DNA of 64,000 bases. Origin: Paramecium tetraurelia. Its lineage: Eukaryota. Below, one piece after another: positions 54,596-64,000 of the stretch (positions are counted from its first letter, which is position 1; the number at the start of each line of letters is the position of its first letter). The translations under genes were made by a program, and so were the position numbers. The stretch spans positions 124,001 to 188,000 of the forward strand of contig CT868049.1 of assembly GCA_000165425.1 (NCBI GenBank), given 5' to 3'. The notes below the pieces were generated by a model. The model was not told the origin of the DNA, did not search any database, and saw only the letters and a list, made by a program, of their open reading frames with translations.

Positions 54596-57500
54596 TCAGT
54601 CGATTTTATTTTCTCTTTCTTCTTGTCTGCTTAGTTCTATGAATTTGTCCTCTACTCTTCTGTAGAGTTCATTGTACTCTTTGAAAATGACTTTGCAAAT
54701 TCTGTATGCCTTTCTATAATAGCCTGTGTTGCCAACTTTAAGTTTGACATCTGTAATTTTGTCTTGATTCAAGAGTGCTTCTCTCTTCGCTCCTGTTTTG
54801 ATTTACATTTAGGTATCAAAGTCTAAAAGGATAGTTTGTTTTTTGGTGAGTCTCTGCTTGTTCATGGAAATTCTCTCTTGTTGTTTTCTTTCTGTGAATT
54901 TTTATAGTTTTTATAGCAAATACACTTCGAATCCATTGTTTTTGTAATCATCGAAATACTTCCCTAATTGTTCATTACGTAAATAGATTTGGACAGTAAT
55001 CTTATATCTCTGGTCGTAAGTCAAGGTATTGAATAGACTATGAGAAGGACAATCCAGTATGATTTTGATGTTGTCTTCTTAAACTCTTTCCAGATTTTCA
55101 CAGAGTAAGGCATACCCTTCATAAATCATGACCCCATATGGATGTTCACAGGTGGGACACAACTATAAGATAAGGGATGAAGATATTTACCTTTTCTAGA
55201 TTGGATAATGATCTATCCAACATGATTTATGCTTGATACAGTCTGTTGGCTATGAATGCTATTCTGTATTAGAGGATATCGCAGTAGACAATGCTAAAAT
55301 GTTCAGTGACATTTACGGAGTTGAAATATTCTTTATAGAACCTATAACATTGATCTAGCAAATCGAAAGTCCATTGTGTGATGAGTGTTTCACTGAGCCT
55401 CTCTTCAATATCATCTGGTGTATAGAATTTATATGGGAGATGAGATTTGTAAACATAGGGTTCAAAGAATTCTGCCTCTCTTCTTGTAAAGAAGTATTGA
55501 CTTTTGAATGCCATTTTAAAGGACTAGAATCCATTATATCCTCTTTCTTTGTGAATGAGTATAAATTCAGCATAGATCATGAGAGCATCTACGTAGAGTA
55601 TACTCTTCCTTCCCATTGTTTTACGGATCTTTTCTAGGATTCTAATGATGGATTAGAAGAGTCTATGTAAATCTGTATCTTTCTCGTGCATTCGACTGTA
55701 GTATTTATAGATTCTGCATCTTGATCTTAAGGTGAAATAATGATTGAATTGATTCAATTGATCCAATAGTAGACTGTCATTTGTGAATTTGTCACGGAAA
55801 GATCCAGAGATATGTTAGACTGGCAATTTTAGATCTTCATATAAGTTCTATTGACCCAGATATCTCCTGGCTGCTCTTTCAAAGAAGAGGGATGCACGTT
55901 GTGTTTGTCTGATAAACAAGAAGTAAGTGCCAATAGAATACTCAAAGTAAGTTCTGGCATAATCCTCTTGGTTGTTTAATTTCACATAATGATTATAGAG
56001 CATTTGGAAGTGATTGTGAGCCTCTTTGTACATTCCAACCAAGGCATAATATTCTAATAGTTTCCACTCGCATTAATAATAGATTAATTTGTATTTCTGG
56101 AATGCCTCCAATTATTTTGGTTTTGCATAATCCAAAATGTTCAAAGCATGATCATCCCAAATAATCTTTGTGGTTGGAAACTCATTCATTCTTAATTTAG
56201 CTTATTCTGCAGTGTTTGTGACTATGTCTACACAGGCTAATAAGGCTGTCTTTCTAGTCTTCAACAATTGGGGACCACACGAAAATATATTCAAAAATAG
56301 CTTCATTATGGCGACTTTGCATTTTGCTCCCAATAGATTTGGATCATCATTCTCCATTTTCTACGAAAAGACCTATTACACTTATCGACTGAATCTCTCA
56401 TCATAGAGAATCAAGGCATATTGGACATCCAAACATTTCAAGGCTGCTATGGGATCTCCACTCTCTTCTAATAATTGAGATTGGACAACAAAAAGATCAT
56501 TCAAACAGATGGATTTCTTTTCCATCTATCTTTTATCAACTGGAATTGAGATATCTTTGTAATCTATCAATTCCTTCTATTTAATCTTATCTTCAATATC
56601 GCAGATTTCAGAAAGCAGATTTAGAGATAGATCTTAAAGGTATTGATTCAAAGTAGTCAAAATGAAGAACTTTATCTCAAAATTCTTATCAATATAATCG
56701 TTATTCTCCTTATCCTTATATTCTTCCAACAATAATTTCACAAAGAAGATCTTGAATTATTGTTATAACTATTTGCAATCATACTTTTGGGATGCAATTT
56801 CAATTAACTTAAATGCCAACTTGCACACTAATTATGCATACAAATTATTTAGATCGAACACAAAAGTTATAAACAGATTCTTCCATGACAAATCACTTAA
56901 TTAGAATTTAACATCGTGTTACAATTCTATCATTTTGTTATTCTTCATTTACCATGCATCAATCAATCTATCTATGGTGCACTTCGTATTATCCAAAACA
57001 CTCTTGGCTTATGAGTATTTCTATTTAGCAAACAGTTATTTGGCAACTAAGAAATGATACCTATTCCTTAACTATTACTCATTTATCTCTAAATAGAGTT
57101 CGTAATCCATGTCCATCTGTAGGTTGCACTCTAATTCAAAAAACAATTGACTCAGGTAATCATTCTACCTTGAGAATGACTTTGGCATATGCTAATAGGA
57201 CTTCAACAACAGTCTTTATTGTCCCTCCTCTGAATTCTTATCGTATTGTGTAATCATTCCATAATTTATTATGCCCAATTGTAAGTTTATGATCTACAAC
57301 AATTTAAATTACAAGTAATCAACGAGAAAGAGGTTTTTGTCACTATATTAATACAGAATTTGGAGATAATCCTCCACGAAGTGAATATTATAATTGTAGT
57401 ATAAGAGATTGATGCAACACTCAAGATTGTACAACCCTATCAAAGCCAACTCCTTATGTTTACTCTATGTTGACTTGTACTTCTGAATCCAATAATTCAA

Positions 57501-60500
57501 GTAATCATAGTTATTTTAATAGTGATCTAAACACCATTGAGTTTAAGATTGTAGAGTCAGAGTTTCCTAATGAACCAACTGTTCAAATAGACACTGCTCA
57601 TCTGAAGGCTTGATAATGACACATTTTTTCATTGCCTCATGGTATTACTCGCTTTCAATGTGCAATTTAATCAATAAATTACGTATTTTCAAATTATAGT
57701 ACTCAGATTGGCAATCCAACTTACTCAAATATTGAATACTCTAGAGTCTGTCCTTCTGAATTTTCCCAATATTTATATGTAGAATTAGTTGTCTTAAGGG
57801 ATTGTTACTGAATTTTAAGGCTTTATTGAACAACTCGATTGCATACGATGAATTCTATTTAAACATTTCTCCGTAGGCCTATAGAAATAAAAACTTGATT
57901 CGTATCTACTCTAATTTCTTATGCAAGGCTTCGTAATTCTCTTTCTGTACTCTCAACCGCTTTCTGATGAGTAATTTATCACTTTGCTAATCGAAATCAT
58001 CCAAAATACTTGGAGATGCGTATCTCTCAATCTTGGTTATGAATTGATAGATATCACTTAGATTTGGTTGGTAGGATATGGAATAAATACCTTGCAAGGT
58101 TAGATTATTAAAGAAGTAATAAAGCTGTTTGTAAAACTCAAATTAGATGAAGTCCAACATTAATTTCTGGTGATGTGCTTTGTCGCAATAAAAGGCGAAG
58201 TTCTTAGATATGTGAGTCATATAATATTCTTTATTGTAAATGCTAGAGGCAATGGAATCAGTTACAGTCAATTCTTCTTAGAATTACTTGAATAACTTGA
58301 ATTTATACAACATATCCATTTTGAATAGTTGTTGAGACAAGACTTGATGCAATTTCTGTGTTTCCAATTGATTGGATAATTCATTCTAATCATATAATTT
58401 CAGATCTTAATAATTGATATCCGATATTTTCGAATCCTCAATTAGTTACTGTGATAATCTTTCATTTTCCAAAAACAATTCTTCATTTCCACACTCTGTT
58501 TTGCATAATTATTTAAAGTAATTGTAGGGTTTCCTTTGATTTTCAGATAATAACATATCCGAAATGATAGTGAATACAATAGGATATTTGTTCATTAATC
58601 TTGCTTAATGTTCAATGAGATAATCTTTGTTGGTTTCAATCTAACCTAGAGTCATCATATAAACAACAATCATGGCTGCATTGTACACCATTTTGGATAG
58701 ATTGTTATTGTTTTCTTCAGTTGGAATATATAGTTTCTCCTTTTCAATATCCCTATTTCCACACATCATCCAATGGAAAGTGTAGCCAATTTAATTCTTA
58801 TTCCTATTTGCATAAATGGACTTTGGAGTAATTACTCGTTTATCCTTCCAATGAGGAATAGAATTCAATAAGTTGAGTAAGAACAATAGCAATTCCTTCT
58901 TCTTATAGGTCATATTGACTGATTGTCTAAACTTAATGGTGTCAAACAAAGTCCATCCATTCAATAATTCATATCTTGAATCCATAATTTTGCCAACGAC
59001 TCCTTTACTCTATGGGAAATAGAAGTGATCGAACATTGTAAACTCCTACAAGATCAAATCTTCAAATAAGACATTTTTATGTTGTAAATCAATTTCAATG
59101 ACTTCCAGTATTTTTAATTGATACTATTGAAGTATCAACCAAACTTCCTTTTGTTTGTCCTTCTCTATCATTTTGATCATCTTAAAATCAAGATTTCTCA
59201 TCTGAGCCTTCTGATTTTGAATAAACAAACTCTTCAATTCCGATTAATCTAAATACAAATAATTGGGAACCTCTTAATGATATAACTAACTTTGTATCGC
59301 TTCAATCTTCCGAGTTTTCAAAGAGTACAAATCTTCAATACTTCTTACTAACTCTGATTTGTATTGGTTAACTTGCACATACTAATCCCTAGATTGAATC
59401 AACAATTTGAGGATCTCCTGAGAACTACTCTTGCTGATATCCAAACAGGAGATCTCCTCAAATATCCTAGGTCTATCCTTAATAAGTTTATCCTTATTAA
59501 TTTTGATCATTTATATTGGTATAAGTCTTTGATTCAATTTCAATTTGCTTAGTTTTTAATCCAATCTCTTCAGATGTTCAATCATATCCTTGGCTCTTAA
59601 GATGGGAACCTACCTTCGAAACTACCCAAACCAAACTCCCTTGCTCTTCAAAATAGCCACATTTTTCACCTATTGTAGTGCTTTCTTCTTAGCCACTTGA
59701 TTAATCCTGGCAGTCTTCTGTTCTCTATCATTATTGTCTTCCATGAGACCAGCCTCTCTCTTCTCCTCTTACAAACGCTTATATCTATTGAACAACTATC
59801 TATAACTTTCAATGAACACTTTCAATTTCCTGATGTTCAAATACTTATACAATATGTATCTTCTTTTTTAATACAACCTCCTATAAAGTAATCTCTACTC
59901 ACACCATTTCAGTGTGTAATACTTCTCAAAGAACCTCAGCAATTTCTTTAATCTGGCTATCTTGTCATCGAATTCCTTCTAGGCATGAGCGATCTCAAAT
60001 TTCTTATAAGGGAAATCAAAATTATGAATGTTCTTCCTCAATATTATTTGTCTCCTCTTTACCAATAGGATTTCAGGCATTGCCTCCCTCTACGAGTCCT
60101 CCTCCTTCTGTTTCTATGCTATCTCCATTTAAGATTCATCATCATCATCGTCATCATCCTCCTCCTAGATCAACTACTTCTACTTCTTCTCCACTTTCAA
60201 AATAGTTCCATAGGGTTTGAACAATACATACTTTGAGAGTGTGTTTCTGTCGGACTTTAATCTCTTCATCTTACTTGTCTTCTTCTTAAAATGTTCTATA
60301 GTAGATTTCAATAGATAGGTTTGTCGTTTCATAATCGAAATAAACTCATAGGTTGCCTCTGGAATCAACCCTTCCAATATGAATCTCAAGGCAAATGCTA
60401 TCAAAATGATGATCAAAAACATAGTCACATCCTTAATCAATGGTGGAGTAGGCCCATTTCGATCAGGATGCAACTTCCCCATCAGAAATACAACACCTGT

Positions 60501-63500
60501 ATTGAAGATTATACTGAAATTTGCCAAGAATTCCAAGAGCAAACTCCAAATACCAATGCTCTGTTCATCCAAAGGAACTGGCCTTTGAGAATACTTGATC
60601 AATTTGATCTTATCAGTTTGCATTTCCAGAGCATTCCAAACAAATCCTATGAACATAGAAGCAGGGAATAAAGGTGCAAACAATCCCAACAAGCCAGATT
60701 GAATGATGATTTCCATGTAGTCATCCACTGTACCATATCTATCCACAGATTTGAAATAACTATCCTTTTAGGACTCCTACTCCACATAGTAGTTGATGAT
60801 TCCATATTCATCAATCGTTTCTGGCTGCTCCTGTGTTCGATTAAATAATTTGTTGATCACTGGAGTCACCACCTCCTTGATATTGAACACGAACAATATG
60901 ATGAACAAACTGGAGAAGAAGTATTTAGCATTCAGATTGCAATCCCCATAGGCACAATCAATACCCAATTCCTGATTTAGAAATGCTATCATAAATATAG
61001 GAGCAAAGTAGGACAGCAACATTAAAGTGAATTTCTTTATGATAAAGTTAGCCTCGAAATCTGCCACTGTTTGATGATTCTCCTAATCAGTCATACTCTC
61101 TGCTAATCTTTCATAGATGTATTCAAAGATGTTCAATATTAACACATTGATACTACAAGGGATACTCACTTCCAATTTCAAAAAGTTTAACCTCTCCAAA
61201 CTAGTGAAGATATCATATTCATAAAAGAACTTAGTCATATAAAATAAACCTATCACACTTCCAATGTATATACTAAACACAAATCCCAATATTAATCCAT
61301 TCTTCAACATATGAATAAGCAACTTACTCATTGGGTAATATAAGGTGTTAGCTTCATCGTTGCAAGGATCACGTCTGTACTCCCCCTAAAAGGCAGGTCT
61401 CTACTCTTATTACTCATTTCCCTGTTTGATATTCTAAGCAAATTGAGCCACTATCTACTTCTCCTTCAATTTCCAAGAACCCAACATCAATGTTAAAAAT
61501 GATGAATGCAATATCCCGAACATCATTGCAATTACAATTGAGACTCTGGGCTCAGTTAAAGACTGTATGATTGTACAAATCAATCCAATAATCCCTGGAA
61601 TCAATAAACTTTTGGTGTAATGTCCTAGAAATGTAAAATAAAGGGCAATCTTTTCCCCATAATATTCTCTTACTTCATCTGATGGCACATGCCAAATCTC
61701 CCCAATTTTGAGCTTCCAAATCTCTTCCAAATTATGCAATTTCGGTTTCACAAACAAACTCTCCGCAATCAAGAACTTCTCCTATAACAATCGTATATAT
61801 TCTTGAGCATCTGAACTTAAAGTCTGAGAGAATGCCTTAGGATCACTCTGAAAGAATCGCTTATTACTCAATCCATTCAATTCATATTGATCATTTAAGC
61901 CAAATATCTGTTCCAAATAGGACTTGTTGAATATATAAGGGATATTGATGGCTTAATTGACTAAGTAATTGGCCAACTTAATTCTCTCCATGATGGAAAA
62001 CACTGATATTCTCCCACTCTCACTCACTTGATATTTCTTCCAAATTGTGTTGATCCTACTCTTCTTCTTATATGAGAATCTCCTCCCTGATACAGTGTAC
62101 TCACTAGAGATGGCTATGTTATACAACTCTCCAAATGAAAAGTCCCAAATGCATTTTAATAAATTGCCCTTCGCATTATTAATGATCTACATTCCATCCC
62201 TCATGGCTGTACCGTATGCTTAAGCCAACAACCCTCTTTGTCTTTCCTTCAAGAATTTGGTGCATAAAGAATTCCATTTCAGATGGAACACCTTCTTCAT
62301 ATTCAGAAATTGCTCTTATTCCTCTTATATCTATTCCTTCCAAACCTCTTCCTCCTTTTCCATAAATGACAAGAACAAACACTCAATCAATTGTTATTTC
62401 ATAGAATCGTAATAGACTGGATTTTTGTCTCTGGTCAATGTGAATTGCTTTTAGTCCACCTTCTCTGGTATTTCCTTCATCTAAATACATAGTTGGTCGA
62501 TTATTTTCTTTTGGGCCGAGTCTCCATTGGGATCTACTAGTTTCTTGAGGCTGGTTTCTGCATCTTCTTCGTCATCGAAGTAATGTTGGATCTGCTTTAA
62601 GTAGGCTTCGATATTGGTTTCCTTCTCATTAATGTCTAAATTCAATTTATCCCTAACGAGATGTTAGAGGATCTTGAGTAGGATGGTATTGAAGTCTTTG
62701 GAATAGGTATCACAGATGATGAGGGGATTTTCATTATATTGTTTGATATTTTAATTTTTCTTGGTGGTTTTTGGAATGAACTTTTTTCTTTGATAAGAGA
62801 AATACCTTTTGATCTGTTGTTCTTATTTGATGGTTCTATCTTAGTCATTCAAATCGATTAATTGATTGATATCAAAATTACTCTTGTCATTTTTCTTGGT
62901 CACTCTTCTTAACTAAGCCTTGGTGACAATTTTGGTTTCTGCCTTCTTTTCTTTCTTTTTGGCAATAGAAGGATTCATCAAGACTGCAAAATCCAATTTA
63001 AAATAGAACTTCTCTCTGGCTTCAGTGACTCTTTATTCCAAATACACCAGATACTCATAATAGGCTTCCCATAATTCATCCGAGGGGCCTTCTTCGTCTC
63101 CAATTAGATCACGTTAGCCGTAATCAAACATCTAATCATTAAGATTCTGGATGTGCAATTCTTTGGCCATTTTCTTAAAATTAATCTTCTTAAGTAGATT
63201 GATGATCTTGGGTTTGATGTATTGAAAATAACTACTTTGATTCACATCCATATCGTTTCTCCATAGACGATTGTTCAATCTCAAGGGACGGTAATTCTGA
63301 TCTATGGGTTCAAGAGATAACAAGTCAGTAAATTCGAGATTGAGAAACTTTCTCATTTTAATTTGTTAAGCAACAAGAGAAATGTTGGCTTCTGCACAAT
63401 ACAAAATAGCAAAGATTGATTTGTTATCTGAGGATACGAATGTCCTCATTTTGAATCCCTTTTGACTCAACCTCAATAGAATCAGGTTACGAACCAAAGT

Positions 63501-64000
63501 ATAGAAATCTTTAACCTTATGATGAGTACGTTGCAGACCTCCAGCTGTTTTAATGATGAACTTTCCCCTTGTTAAGATCTTCTTCTTCAGAATCGTTGAG
63601 AACCCCTTCCTTTTTTCTCTATTCTTGCTCACCTTAAAGTTTTTATTCAAACTGTTCATCACTTTATTCCGTACCATCTCCACAAACTCATTATGCTCTC
63701 CTTGTATATTTAATTGATCATCCTCCTTGAAGAACAACTTGATTGCAGCTATCAGATTTTGAGTTGAGAATTGATTGGAGTATGCCAATTTGTTAGGACC
63801 CAAGTCATCCTATTTTGAATCCGCTAATTGGGAATAAGCATATTAAAATGCCATCGAAAGTATCTCGTAATCCAATTGCTCAGTTTTGAATTCAATCGAA
63901 CACCTAGTTCCTATGCCCTGTTATAGAAACTCCTAGGCTTCTATATATGAAATTGTTGCATAAGCCATCTCATCTGGATTCGGGAATTGCAGCACTACAT
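54596..64000 (-). CDS. Giant anoctamin/TMEM16-family protein (>3,100 aa, 5' end outside window) with long C-terminal extension
   Basis: VREYYGEKIALYFTFLGHYT, ESMTDQENHQTVADFEANFIIKKF, DDYMEIIIQSG, NALEMQTDKIKL, QRPVP..IGIW. No in-frame TGA from 64000 to 55191; one 28-nt intron (55163-55190), then open to TGA 54596-54598. Confidence 0.9.

Noticed and set aside
62179..62848. Track ORFs 62179-62382 and 62642-62848
   Set aside because: Alternative-frame shadows inside the anoctamin exon, whose true frame is open throughout.

Overview
AT-rich, gene-dense eukaryotic DNA from a ciliate, almost certainly Paramecium macronuclear sequence. Genes read through only if TAA/TAG encode Gln and TGA is the sole stop, and they carry tiny (~20-31 nt) GT..AG introns. 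The supplied ORF track, which treats TAA/TAG as stops, therefore shows only fragments. I re-translated by hand and found about 30 protein-coding loci. Recognisable ones are a choline-transporter-like protein, a Ubc7/Cdc34-class E2, an NRF-6-like acyltransferase, DAW1/ODA16, CFAP99, a dynamin-related GTPase, a hybrid histidine kinase, TRAPPC2L, SRPK, an ERK7/MAPK15-type MAPK, MORN proteins, an EGF-TM-RING-H2 ligase, a DUF4485 protein and a giant anoctamin truncated by the window end. Most notable: (1) a >3,100-aa anoctamin/TMEM16 whose ~1,900-aa C-terminal tail contains a degenerate kinase-like domain; (2) that gene heads a chain of four co-oriented genes joined by +7, -4 (ATGA overlap) and +7 nt junctions; (3) two probable pseudoenzymes (a class I glutamine-amidotransferase fold lacking its triad, and an acylated pseudokinase-MORN fusion); (4) a recently decayed glutaredoxin pseudogene. 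I saw no rRNA, tRNA, CRISPR, telomeric repeat or intact transposon. Coordinates are hand-derived gene spans including introns, and family calls come from motif recognition, not database searches.
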